Made by a program: the position numbers and the translations under genes | In this document: piece by piece, positions 13,141 through 27,239 of the stretch | How positions within the stretch are numbered: the stretch's first letter is position 1 | Layout of the letters: every line of letters begins with the position of its first letter | Notes under the pieces: generated by a model | What the model was told of the DNA's origin: nothing | The model's database searches: none | The model's input: the letters and a program-made list of their open reading frames with translations, nothing else | Assembly (NCBI GenBank): GCA_964016885.1 | Contig: OZ024743.1 | Span: 198,896,001 to 198,960,000 of the forward strand | Origin: Eledone cirrhosa | Taxonomy: Eukaryota | Reading direction: 5' to 3' | DNA length: 64,000 bases

Positions 13141-13575
13141 TGGCAGTATCGGTAGAGTGACAGACACCATGCTTTGCAGCATAGAGTTATGGCCCTTTAT
13201 GATCTGAGTTCAAATCCCGCCGAGGTTAACTTTGTCTTTCATCCTTGCGGGGTCGATAAAATAAAGTACCAGTCACACACTGGCGTCGATTTATTCGACT
13301 CTCCCCTTCAAATTGTTTGCCTTGTGCCTAAAATAGAAAAATTATTAAAGGGGGGTGGATTGGCAGTACTTGCAGAGCATCAGACAATATGCTTTGCAAG
13401 TCTAGAGTTATGGCCCTTTACGTCCTGAGTTCAAATCCTGCCGGGGTTAGCTTTGATTTTCATCCTTTACGGGGTCGATAAAGTAAAACACCAGTAAAGT
13501 ACTGGGGGTTGATTTAACCGACTTTCCCCTCTACCCAAATTGCTGGCCTTGTGCCTGTAGTAGAAATCATTATTA
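13141..13575 (+). mobile_element. Two tandem tRNA-derived SINEs (main family)
   Basis: Copies at 13141-13345 and 13357-13575, each with A/B boxes and core. Confidence 0.9.
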
Positions 13576-13759
13576 TTGTTGTTGTCACTATTGTTCTCGT
13601 TGTTGTAACTGTTATTAGGAAAGGTGGAGGATAAGTTATTTAGAGAACCAATTCTGTCATGTTTTTATGCACCTTGTAAATTGATGGTTTACGTCAGGAT
13701 GCTAGAATTCACGCCGTCATCAACACTACCATCAACGCCATCTTTTGAATCCACCATAA

Positions 13760-14460
13760 CCTCATCACCATCGACATCATCATCATCATTATCATAGCAA
13801 ACATCATCCCCATCATCATCATCATCACAAACATCATCATCATCATTATCATAGCAAACATCATCCTCATCATCATCATCACAAACATCATCATCATCAT
13901 TAACATAACAATCATCATCCCCATCATCAAGGCAAACATCATCATCATCATTAACATAACAATCATCATCCCCATCATCATGTCAAACATCATCATCATC
14001 ATTATCATAACAATCATCATCCCCATCATCATCATCACAAACATCATCATCATCATTAACATAACAATCATCATCCCCATCATCATCATGGCAAACATCA
14101 TCATCATCATTAACATAACAATCATCATCCCCATCATCATCACAAACATCATCATCATCATTAACATAACAATCATCATCATCCCCATCATCATCACAAA
14201 CATCATCATCATCATTAACATAACAATCATCATTCCCATCATCATCACAAACATCATCATCATCATTAACATAACAATCATCATCCCCATCATCATCATC
14301 ACAAACATCATCATCATCATCATTAACATAACAACCATCATCCCCATCATCATCATCATCATCATCATCATTATCATAACAATCATCTTCCTCATCGCCA
14401 TGACAAACATCATCATCATCACCATCAGCAACTCCATCACTATCATCATCATCATAGTTA
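13760..14460. repeat. CAT-derived minisatellite (~51-57-bp unit)
   Basis: Unit aaacatcatcatcatcattaacataacaatcatcatccccatcatcatcac repeated ~10 times. Confidence 0.9.
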
Positions 14461-14609
14461 ACACAAATTAAAATTAATTAGCAATTTAATTGCTTCATAT
14501 GAGATCAATTATACAAATTAAGGATCTAGAATTGCAAAGTACGATGAACGTTAGTTTTATCCTCCTCATCTTCCCCATCCCACCCTTCACATCCTCCTCC
14601 TCCTTCTCC

Positions 14610-14675
<66 letters not shown>

Positions 14676-15108
14676 CCATCACCATAATACACAATTCATA
14701 TAACATTCATATAACGTTGATTAAGTGTCATTCAAATGTATAGATCGTGTGACTTTACATATATGTATGTGCGTGTTGTGTGTGTGTGTGTGTGTGTGTG
14801 TGCGTTTTGTGTGTGTGTTTATTTGTGTGGATGATTTATTTATGCGTGTGTATCGTCCAAAGATATGATAACATGTCAGAGAAGGTTAAAATTCTTTCTT
14901 CCAACTTATATTTATTTTCCAGCTGGGTAAATAGAAACAAATATAAAGATATGTCTTACCCTAAAACACATTTCATTGCCTTTAGTCAAATTGATATACA
15001 TAAGAACAAATGTTATATATATATATATATATATATATAGCTACACATACACGCACACACGTACACACACATATATACACATAGAATCGGAGACGTGATC
15101 ATATGGCA

Positions 15109-15202
15109 AGCATATCTGACGATCTTTCGATTACAGAGTCAGGTTCGATCTATAATAGGTATTGCCTCGAGAAGATCGATAGTGAAACATATGTAATATG
15201 TT
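15109..15202 (+). ncRNA. Type I hammerhead ribozyme with long loop II
   Basis: agcatat CTGACGA tctttcgat..atcgatagt GAAA catatg TA atatgtt; palindromic stem III ACATATGT, GUA site. Confidence 0.7.
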
Positions 15203-15270
15203 ATTAAATATGTTATGATGCAACACGGAACCGTTGTTCCTTTATCCTTATAATACACACATACACACAT

Positions 15271-15398
<128 letters not shown>

Positions 15399-15751
15399 AT
15401 ATAGTGAAAGATTGAAGAATAATATGGTCGGCTGTACAAAAAGGGTTTTATTTACAGTATTAACAATTGTTTCATTGATCAGGTGAGTCTAAAGGCCGCT
15501 AATCACTCGAAGTTGCGTCATTCGACCTCAAATCATCGGAATACAGTATTACGATGATTTTAGACTCACCATGTTATTCTTCAATCTTTCACTCTTATTA
15601 CTCCAAGTATAACCTGCATAGGAATTCTCGCGAACTCGCTACCTAACTATGGAAACCTCTTGTTGAGTCAAACAACGCCGTACGTTAAAACTATCCACAA
15701 TACAGAGTACTCACAACCTCTAACTGGATTACCTATAACGATAACTTGTTA

Positions 15752-15826
<75 letters not shown>

Positions 15827-16007
15827 CATATATTTATATATACTAGTTGTAAATCGAAGTTTTATTCGATTTGTTTGAAGCAAGCACAAAGCACTCAATG
15901 GTTCGAAAGTTAAAAACAAAGACTAGGTCCAGAATAAACACAACAGTTAGGAAGTGTGACACCAAGAAAGCCGACCAAAGGCACCGGCTATACATATAAC
16001 ATAACAG

Positions 16008-16377
<370 letters not shown>

Positions 16378-16398
16378 TATATATATATATATATATAT

Positions 16399-16926
16399 GT
16401 CAGGTCGCTCTCGAGTGCTACTGGTAACATGTAACCCAGTACAACCCGTCTCATGGTCGGGTCGTCGGCGACTAAACCGGCAACCCCGCCAAGCTTGTTT
16501 GGTGAGGAGGGTGATACTTAGAAACCTTGCGGGATGAAATACAAGACCCGGCAAAGGGCGGAGGAACTCAACAGAGTCAACGGTCATCCAAATAGTATTT
16601 TTTATTGTTTTACCTGGGAGTGAAAGGCCCCCAGTTGTTGTCACTACACCTTTCTAGGAGAGGGAAACTCTGAAAAAAAAACAAAAAACCTGCGGCTTAG
16701 GAAGCATCCGATGATGTTGACCAGTTCTCCTTTTCGAGTAGTGTTTTCGATGCTCAGAGAGTGGTCGAGTGCAAGGCCTTTCTCTACTTAAAAAACCTTC
16801 AAAGCACAGGCATTGCTTGTTCAGGATCTGTTACAGGTTTGTGTGCCCGGCTGTAGCCTAAAGGTGCACTATTTTCTGTAATCTGACAAGCGATTGCAAT
16901 ACTCTTAGCAGAGTTTGCAGCCACCA
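16399..16926 (+). mobile_element. Non-coding element type B
   Basis: Homologous to 8035-8524. Confidence 0.7.
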
Positions 16927-16975
16927 TGTATGTATGTATGTATGTATGTATGTATGTATGTATGTATGTATGTAT

Positions 16976-17584
16976 GTCAGGTCACCAGTTGGTGCTACTG
17001 GTAACATGTATCCCAGTACAACCTGTCTCATGGTCGGGTCGTTGGCGACTAAACTGGCAACCCCACCAAGGTTTCTTGGTGAGGAGGGTGACTTTGGACA
17101 TCCTGCAGGACTAAAAACAAAACCTGTCAAAGGGCAAAGGAGCTCTTAAGAGTCAATGGCCATCCAAAATCACCGGGAGAGATGACCCCTTAGCCTTTGT
17201 AAAGGCAGAATTCTAGGAGAAGGAAAGCTCTGATATAACACCTGCAACCCTGACGGTATCCAATGATGTTAACTTGTTCTTCTTTTTGGTAAATATCATC
17301 TTGGTTAAGAGAGTGGGACTGGCTTTGTGCAGTGCCTTTGCTCACTATAAAAGTTTCACGGCACAGGCATTGCTTTATATCTGGAGATCTCTCTGCACTT
17401 GTCGTCACATGGAACTATGGGCCCAGCACTATGTGTCAATAATTGTCACAAGTGTAGTGTTTGTACCAGAGTTTTCAAGTCGCTGGCTGGACTAAAAAGT
17501 CACACTCGTTCAGCGCATCGGTAGGGGTTCTCCTACATGGATATAAAGTAGTGGCCGTACTCGAAAACGAGTTGGCAGCCACCA
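16976..17584 (+). mobile_element. Non-coding element type A
   Basis: Near-identical to 7144-7754. Confidence 0.7.
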
Positions 17585-17602
17585 TGTATCAATGAAGCTA
17601 TG

Positions 17603-17641
<39 letters not shown>

Positions 17642-17798
17642 GCATGGATGTGTGTATGTTTGAATGTATGCATGTATATATATATATATATATGAATGCG
17701 TGTGTCTCCCACCCCATTCTCTATATGTATATATATAAATTAAAAATATACATATTTATATTTATATACATACATACATACATACATACATACATACA

Positions 17799-17830
<32 letters not shown>

Positions 17831-18234
17831 AACACATGTAAGGATGCCATGCCATTTCCCTAGAGTGAAACTTAAGTGGGTAAAGAATATATGAAATAAA
17901 ATCTCAAATTAAAAGTAATGAAAAAAAAAGAAGAAAAAAAAACAGTGAAGCGTACGCAAACATTACAAATAAACAATCAACAAAAACTAATTAATAATTT
18001 CGTGTCAAGATTTTATTTTCTGAAACCAAAAATAACATCAACACATTCCCTGGGATATTCAGCAAAGAACATGCGTCGTTGGCTGAATAAAGTAAGAAAA
18101 GGTAAAAATGGTGATATACCTTGTTATAATTAAGATTTTTGTACCTAATATAATAAGATACATTCTTTTCTGATACATCGACTGAAGATGGATACTGATA
18201 TTCATGTATAAATGTATGCATGTGTGTATGCAGA

Positions 18235-18650
18235 AAGTTGTATTGTCCGTCAAGATTTGTGAATATTTATTAAGATTTTCATCGTTATACGAAGGCTTCG
18301 GTCAAATTTAAACTGAAATTTGTGATGGAACTTCTGTAAACAATGGAATGAAACAGGGCGCTATATTCCTTTCTTGTTATGTTCAAGAATGTGATATACA
18401 TGAGGTTTAGAACAAGGTTAAAAAGAGAAAATTACATCTCAAACCTATGCAGGTTTAGATGATATTCTCTGAACTTGCATCGCATAGGACGCTTCTCTGT
18501 TGCTTTAATTATAGCAATTCCAGTTCTATCATAGAAAGCAATGTGTAATAGAGCATCTTGTTTAAAACAACAATGTGCCACCCTTTCCAGACATAGAATC
18601 TACGACCATGGCATTGTACCTAGAAAATTACTTTCCATATTGCAGTAAGA
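18235..18650 (+). pseudogene. Highly decayed RTE-clade reverse transcriptase fragment
   Basis: Frame-broken pieces CPSRFVNI, VNNGMKQGAI and YMRFRT resemble RTE GCPxKFVNI...VTNGVKQGC...YIRFRT. Confidence 0.5.
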
Positions 18651-18802
18651 TATTTGGTAAGATATTTCATGGGAGATGAGCAATTTTCCTTACATGACAT
18701 TTGCCCCTCTCCACACAACCAATATTATCAAAATGAAAGGCATAGCCTATAGAGAATACAAAATGAGACCAGTGCCGTTGCAGCACAATTATTTTCTAGT
18801 TG

Positions 18803-18930
18803 AACGGAGTGAAGAAACTAAAAATGAAGTACCTTGCTCAAGGACACGGCGTGTCACCCGCTTCGGGAATGAAGCTGACGCCATTACAATCATGAAAACT
18901 AATCCCAACTCCTAAGCCACACGCCTTCAC
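18803..18930 (-). mobile_element. CORE-type SINE fragment
   Basis: gaagtaccttgctcaaggacac (reverse of the CORE-like gtgtccttgagcaag); relatives at 53770-53845, 59090-59343, 59560-59705 and 60775-60900. Confidence 0.65.
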
Positions 18931-19262
18931 GTAGATAATTTAGTGTTAACATATTTAATGTAAGAAGCATTTAATAGCTAAGTAGAAATAATTACGAGGT
19001 GTAAAACAAACAGTATTAGCAATTAATTGATATCGTGTTTTCTTCACTCTATAATTATTTCTAGTTAGCTTTCTAAATTCACCTCACATTAAATATGTTA
19101 AATCTAACTTACCTATTAATTAACAAATATACGATACAAATAGAATACGACAGCTATAAATGTTATTTTTATTCTGTTATTTCAAATTTGCAAGAACTGG
19201 TTGTGTTGATACCTTTGGGAAACTGAGAGAAGTGTCAAATGTCCGCCAATGTGTGTAGATAT

Positions 19263-19352
<90 letters not shown>

Positions 19353-19820
19353 CGCGTGTATCCTGGTTTCAATCGGTGATTACACCTGATTGAAAACCCT
19401 GATGATTTCCTGATGATTTTCTCCGAATGAAACAGTTCTACATTGAATATATATATATATATATATATAGATATACATATATACGTAGTTGTTCAGCCTG
19501 ATACAAATAGCGGCCAGATATAAATTGTATCACTAACTAGTCAGTGCCTTAAAGATGGGTAAATATGTAGACCCAGATACATTCAATCATCGGACTTGAA
19601 GTTCTGATGGATTAGTAGGGATGTTTTCGTAGCATCACGTGTTTTGGGTATTTATACCTGATGATGTCCACTCGTTACAAGATCTGGACAAATTTGATTT
19701 CTTCCGAAGAAAGAGAGACAAATATGTGAAAAATAACCTCAGTACAAGGCTGGGAATTTATTTATCGACATCTAATGGATAGAACACAAAGCTGAACTCA
19801 GTAAGATGTGAACTCAGAGC

Positions 19821-20107
19821 CAGGGCCGGATTTAATGGAGGATAAAGGAAGCAATTGCCCCAGGTCCCCTATGGCTGTAGCTATTTATTTGTACCCTCAG
19901 CTGTGCTTTTTAGTGCTAGGTTGGTTAGAATTTTTTTAATTTAATACATGTATGTATAATATAACTTTTCGACTCCAATTACTTGCAACAATTTAACTTT
20001 GATATGTAAAATTAGGGCGGATTTTCTGTGTATTGTAATTTGTTGTGTAAGGGTACACCCCCAAATCTGAAGTTCTCGGGCCCCTCAATGTCTAAATCCA
20101 ACCCATG
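19821..20107. mobile_element. hAT-type MITE nested in a diverged SINE
   Basis: Imperfect TIRs cagggccggattta / taaatccaacccatg; exact 8-bp TSD ctcagagc at 19813-19820 and 20108-20115. Confidence 0.8.
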
Positions 20108-20313
20108 CTCAGAGCGTAGAGAGCCAGATTGTATAAGGCGAGGCATTCCGTTTAACATTCTAATAACTTTACCAAGACATCGTCTATAATTCTAGATATG
20201 TTAGTCTAAAATAAAAGGGCCAAAATGATCACAACGGGAACGTCTTTCAACATATGTTTGTTCAATCATTGGTGATTTGAACCTATGCAAAAATCAAAAC
20301 CAGACCATATAAT

Positions 20314-20491
20314 TGTTTCTACTTTTGGCACAAGGCCATCAATTATCCCAGTGCATTACTGGTACTTTATTTTATCGACCTCGTAAGGATGAAAGGCAAA
20401 GTCAACCTCGGCGGGATTTGAACTCAGATCGTAAAGGGACGTAACTATGCTGGAAAGCATGGTGTCTGACCCTCTACCGATACTGCCAATC
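20314..20491 (-). mobile_element. Full-length tRNA-derived SINE (main family) with TSD
   Basis: 19-bp TSD caaaaccagaccatataat at 20295-20313 and 20492-20510; A/B boxes; central block resembles the Meta-type SINE domain (from memory). Confidence 0.95.
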
Positions 20492-20938
20492 CAAAACCAG
20501 ACCATATAATACGTTCGTATCATATATCTGCCTATTAAATTTCTATCCTAACCTAATCAACATCAACTTCCTTTGTTCCTCTTTTTTCTATCCTGTAATT
20601 CAGATTTGATAATCAGAATGTTCTGAATAACGTTCACTAATTCATATCATATTTTAGTCTGCATCCTTTAAGGGTCCTATAAGTGTGGCCGAATATTGAA
20701 AACTTTTAAATTAGACCGCCATACATTTATTACACTCTATTGCCTATTCTCTACTAAACATAATTTTTCCTAATTTTTATTAGTATGTATAAATATATGT
20801 AAACAAACACACAGACATAGACACACACATACAGACACAGACACACGCGCGCGCCCACACACACACACACACACACGCACACACGCACGCACATACACAC
20901 ACACACACGCACACACACACACATATATATATATAGAG

Positions 20939-20991
<53 letters not shown>

Positions 20992-21051
20992 TATGTGTAT
21001 ATATATTATCGAATGTAGAAAAGTAACACACGACTTGGTATATATAAAAAC

Positions 21052-21164
<113 letters not shown>

Positions 21165-21425
21165 TGTTATTCGTGTGTATGTGTCTGTCTTTGTGTGTGT
21201 ATGCTTGTCTAAACATATGGTATGTATATATGTATGTACGTATGAATGTATATATATGTATATCTTTGAAAATATATCAAAGACATCCTTTACCAATTTA
21301 ATTCTGCTATAATAAATTATGAGTCAGCATCAAATTACAGGTAAGTCACACAAAGAGGGTTTGTGGGAGGAAAAAAACAAAAACACCAAATGGCTGCTAT
21401 TACTTATTTCGCTCCACCCCAGACC

Positions 21426-21601
<176 letters not shown>

Positions 21602-21640
21602 GTATATATATATATATATACATATGTATATATATGTGTA

Positions 21641-21671
<31 letters not shown>

Positions 21672-21743
21672 TTATATAAATATATTTATATACATATATA
21701 TATTTATATAATATATATATATATATTTATATATATATTTATA

Positions 21744-21863
<120 letters not shown>

Positions 21864-22029
21864 TAAATATACATACTTCTCTCTCCCTCGTTCTCTGTTT
21901 TTCAAACTTCACCACACAAAATTAAAAAAAGTGAGTAATTCTTTAATTAGCGATTAAATTAATTGCTTCATATGAGATAGACGAGACAAATTAAAGTCTG
22001 GTGTGGCAATGTGATCCAGGTACAATCGT

Positions 22030-22107
22030 AATTATCATCATCGTCCTTCCCACCATCATCAACATCATCATCTTGATAATCATCCTAGTCATCCTCATCA
22101 TCATCAT

Positions 22108-22148
<41 letters not shown>

Positions 22149-25100
22149 ACATCATCGTCGTCGTTGGCGTCATCGACATAGTCATCTTCGATGTCTTCAA
22201 CCTCGTTGCCATCCCCTCCCCCACTATTATCACCATCATCACCAGCATCACTGTAATCAGCACCATCACCACCACCACCACCAGCACCATTATCATCATC
22301 ATGACCATCACCACTACCATCATGACCATCATCATCATCATCATCATCACCATCACCACCACCACCACCATCACCATCACCATCATCACCATCATCACCA
22401 TCATCTTCATCATTATCATGACCAACAACAACACCACCACCATCATCACCATCACCGCTACACACCACCGCCACCATCATCAACACCAACACCACCAACA
22501 ACACCACCATCATCATCATCATCATCATCATCATAACCATCATGACCACCACCACCACCACCACCATCATCACCACCACCACCATCATCACCCTCATCAC
22601 TACCACCACCACCACCACCACCATGAATCACAACCACCACCACCATCATCACCACCACAACCACCATCATCACCATCATCACTACCACCACCACCACCAT
22701 CATCACCCTCATCACTACCACCAACACCACCATCATCACAACTACCACCACCATCATCACTACCACCACCACCACCATCATCACAACCACCACCACCATC
22801 ATCACCACCACCAACACCATCATCACCATCATCACTACCAGCACCACCACCATCATCACCACCACCACCATCATCACCATCATCACTACCACCACCACCA
22901 CCATCATCACCCTCATCACTACCACCACCACCACCACCATCATCACAACCACCACCACCACCATCATCACCACCACCAACACCATCATCACCATCATCAC
23001 TACCAGCACCACCACCATCATCACCACCACCACCATCATCACCATCATCACTACCACCACCACCATCACCATCATCACTACCACCACCACCACCACCATC
23101 ATCACCACCATCATCACCCTCATCACTACCACCACCACCACCACCACCATCATCACCACCACCACCACCATCATCACCACCACCAACACCATCATCACCA
23201 TCATCACTACCACCACCATCATCACCACCACAACCATCATCACCATCATCACTACCACCACCACCATCACCATCATCACTACCACCACCACCACCATCAT
23301 CACCACCACCACCACCACCACCATCATCACCACCACCACCATCATCACCCTCATCACTACCACCACCACCATCATCACCACCACCACCACCATCATCAAC
23401 ACCACCAACACCATTAACACCATCATCACTAGCACCACCTCCACCATCACAACCATCACCACCATCACCCTCATCACTACCACCACCACCACCATCACCA
23501 TCACCACCACCACCACCATCACCCTCATCACTACCACCACCACCACCATCATCACCACCACCATCATCACCATCATCACTACCACCACCATCATCACCAC
23601 CGCCACCACCATCATCACCACCACCACCACCATCACCCTCATCACTACCACCACCACCACCATCACCATCACCACCATCATCACTATCACACTACCACCA
23701 TCACCACCATCATCTCCACCACCATCATCACCACCACCACCATCATCATCACCACCACCATCATCACCATCACCAACACCATCATCACCATCATCACTAC
23801 CACCACCACCACCATCATCACCACCACCACCACCATCATCACCACCACGACCATCATCACCCTCATCACTACCACCACCACCATCATCACCACCACCACC
23901 ATCATCAACACCACCACCACCACCATCATCACCACCACCACCATCATCACCATCATCACTACCACCACCACCATCATCACCACCACCACCACCATCATCA
24001 ACACCACCAACACCATTATCACCATCATCACTAGCACCACCTCCACCATCAAAACCATCACCACCATCACCCTCATCACTACCACCACCACCACCATCAC
24101 CACCACCACCATCATCACCATCATCACTACCACCACCACCATCACCATCGTCACTACCACCACCACCACCATCATCACCACCACCACCATCATCACCCTC
24201 ATCACTACCACCACCACCATCATCACCAACACCACCACCATCATCAACACCACCAACACCATTATCACCATCATCACTAGCACCACCTCCACCATCACAA
24301 CCATAACCACCATCAGCCTCATCACTACCACCACCACCACCATCACCACCACCACCACCATCACCCTCATCACTACCACCACCACCACCATCATCACCAC
24401 CACCATCATCACCATCATCACTACCACCACCATCATCACCACCGCCACCACCATCATCACCACCACCACCACCATCATCACCACCACCACCACCATCACC
24501 CTCATCACTACCACCACCACCACTACCATCACCACGACCACCACCACCATCATCAATATCACACTACCACCATCACCACCATCATCTCCACCACCATCAT
24601 CACCACCACCATCATCACCCTCATCACTACCACCACCACCATCATCACCACCACCACCACCATCATCAACACCACCAACACCATCATCACTACCACCACC
24701 ACCACCATCACAACCACCACCACCATCACCCTCATCACTACCACCACCACCACCACCATCATCACCACCACCACCACCACCATCATAACCCTCATCACTA
24801 CCACCACCACCACCATCGTCACCACCACCACCACCACCACCACCATCATCACTACCACCACCATCATCACCACCGCCACCACCCTCATCGCCACCACCAC
24901 CACCATCATCACCACCACCACCACCATCATCACCACCACCACCACCATCTTCAACACCACCAACACCATCATCATCATCATCATCATCATCATCCTTTAT
25001 CATGGAATAAACAGTCAGATTCTAGCAGGAATTGGTGAAATAAAGAATCTGCTGGATGTTAAACTTTATCTGACTTATTCAGTAAAATAAACAAGGATGT

Positions 25101-25317
25101 AAAAGTAATAAAATTGATTTCCTCTCCCTTCCTCTTTCCCCTTTCCCTTCTTTCTTTTCTTTCTTCTCTTTCTTTTCCCATTCATCATCACAATCATGAT
25201 CAAGATCATCATCATCACCAGAATCATTATCATCATCATTATCATCATCACCAATTTCATTATTATCTTCATTACCATCCTCTTTGTCATCACAATCATC
25301 CTCACCATCATCATCAC

Positions 25318-25349
<32 letters not shown>

Positions 25350-25374
25350 ACATCATTATGATCATCATCATCAA

Positions 25375-25410
<36 letters not shown>

Positions 25411-25425
25411 TATGATCATCATCAA

Positions 25426-25458
<33 letters not shown>

Positions 25459-25710
25459 TATGATCATCATCAACATCATCATCATCGTCATCATCATCAT
25501 CATCATCAACATCATTATGATGATGATCATCATCATCATAATCATTATCCTGATCATAATACCACCATCAACATACTCCACCTCTGCCTCATCATCATTT
25601 CCCTCCTCTTCCTCCTCTTCCTCCTCCTCCTTTTCATCATCATCATCATCATCATCGTCAACAGTATCATCGTCAGCCGCAGCAGCATCAACAACAACAG
25701 CAGCATCATT
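22030..25710. repeat. Large (CAC)n/(CAT)n compound repeat with higher-order units
   Basis: Direct reading; the block ...caccatcatcactagcaccacctccaccatca... recurs near 23420, 24020 and 24270. Confidence 0.95.
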
Positions 25711-26082
25711 AACAGCATCACTAGGTTGAATTTCAGATTGGTTTTCTGTACAGCTTTCTACATTTTACAAGAAGTGAGATATATATTTGTCACTCTGCGT
25801 CTTGTTTTCTACTCTCGCGGAGGTCAGACGTGTTTTTTTTTTGTTTTTTTTTGTTTCGCTCCCTGTTTTACCGTCTACTCAGCCTCGTTCTTAAGTCCAG
25901 TAGCTGATGTTGACAGCCTTTTCTTTCTCTTCCGTTGCTATTACACGTGCTTCTCATGTTTCCCTCTTCGGTATGTTTTTTTCCGATTTTTTCCCGTTTT
26001 TATTTCTTTCTTTTTCTCCTTCTGTTATATTTGTGTCTCTCTCTCAATTTGTCCCCAATAACTTCCTTTAGTTATTGACGCA

Positions 26083-26154
26083 CTGGAGCTAGACATCTTG
26101 TCTTTAATGCGTAGAAATGTCCATGATCTCCAGAAGACAACTGATGATGGGAAA
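26083..26154 (+). ncRNA. Conserved bulged hairpin followed by CUGAUGA-nnn-GAAA
   Basis: Gap-free structural match with compensatory changes to 36384-36455. Confidence 0.5.
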
Positions 26155-26206
26155 TTACCCCCCGTTCGTGCTTTACTCTTATATATATATATTGATGGTA
26201 TTAATG

Positions 26207-26345
26207 AGTTACAGCCCTTTCCATTCTGAGTTCAAATCCCGCCGAGGTTAACTTTGCCTTTCATCCTTACGGGGTCGATAAAATAAAGTACCAGTAATAC
26301 ACCGGGTAATTGCTGGCCGTGTACCAAAAGTAGAAACAATTAATA
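26207..26345 (+). mobile_element. tRNA-derived SINE (main family), 5'-truncated
   Basis: B-box and core; further short pieces at 12182-12255 (+), 27611-27686 (+) and 27783-27830 (-). Confidence 0.9.
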
Positions 26346-26501
26346 AATGGAAACTATATTTATAAAACCATGTTTATTTTATTATATATATTTCAAGGGC
26401 ACCAAAAAACTTTGGTACGCACTCATCAGATAAAATACAAAATTTGTTTTATAAATAGTGACATACCCGATAAACCAGACCTTATCGGTTCAGGTTCCAT
26501 T

Positions 26502-26588
<87 letters not shown>

Positions 26589-26978
26589 AGTCATTGGTCT
26601 TTCTGACTTTGCGGTTCCTGTCGTTGCTATACTTGTTGTTGTTTAAGTAGCTGCAGCTAATACTATTGTTGTTATTTATAAATTTGTTATATAGCTCTGA
26701 TTGTAATCAAAGACGTAATAACCATGACTATAATATTTTACTATAACAATGGAATGGAGAGAATTGGGCGGTAGGCTATTATTTTAAAGAATTGGGTTGC
26801 TATTTTTAGCAGATCGAGTGACGACGCAGAGGACCTAACGTTAACAGGTGAAGCTGCCCTTTAAAATTATTAGATGTGAAAGTATTAATAGTGACTTCAT
26901 CTTCCTCCTTCCTTCTATCTCTCCCTCTTCTCATTCTTCTGCCATTCATCTTTATAATCAAATAAGCTGATTTATATG

Positions 26979-27065
<87 letters not shown>

Positions 27066-27100
27066 GTGTGTGTGTATACGTATATATATATACACACAGA

Positions 27101-27177
<77 letters not shown>

Positions 27178-27239
27178 AGAATAAAGTAAAGACAAACTCC
27201 ATTTTAATGTTTACAACATATTTTTTCCTCTTCGCACCG

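Noticed and set aside
13141-13230. tRNA genes
   Set aside because: The A/B boxes belong to SINE heads; no cloverleaf is present.
19399-19692. CTGATGA motifs at 19399, 19410 and 19658 as hammerheads
   Set aside because: No convincing stem I, or the GAAA/stem III part is missing; at best heavily decayed.
22001-24034. 677-aa Pro/Ser/His-rich extensin-like ORF and overlapping M/V/G/D-rich ORFs
   Set aside because: It is a translation of (CAC)n/(CAT)n repeat that is open in several frames on both strands; no complex domain is present.
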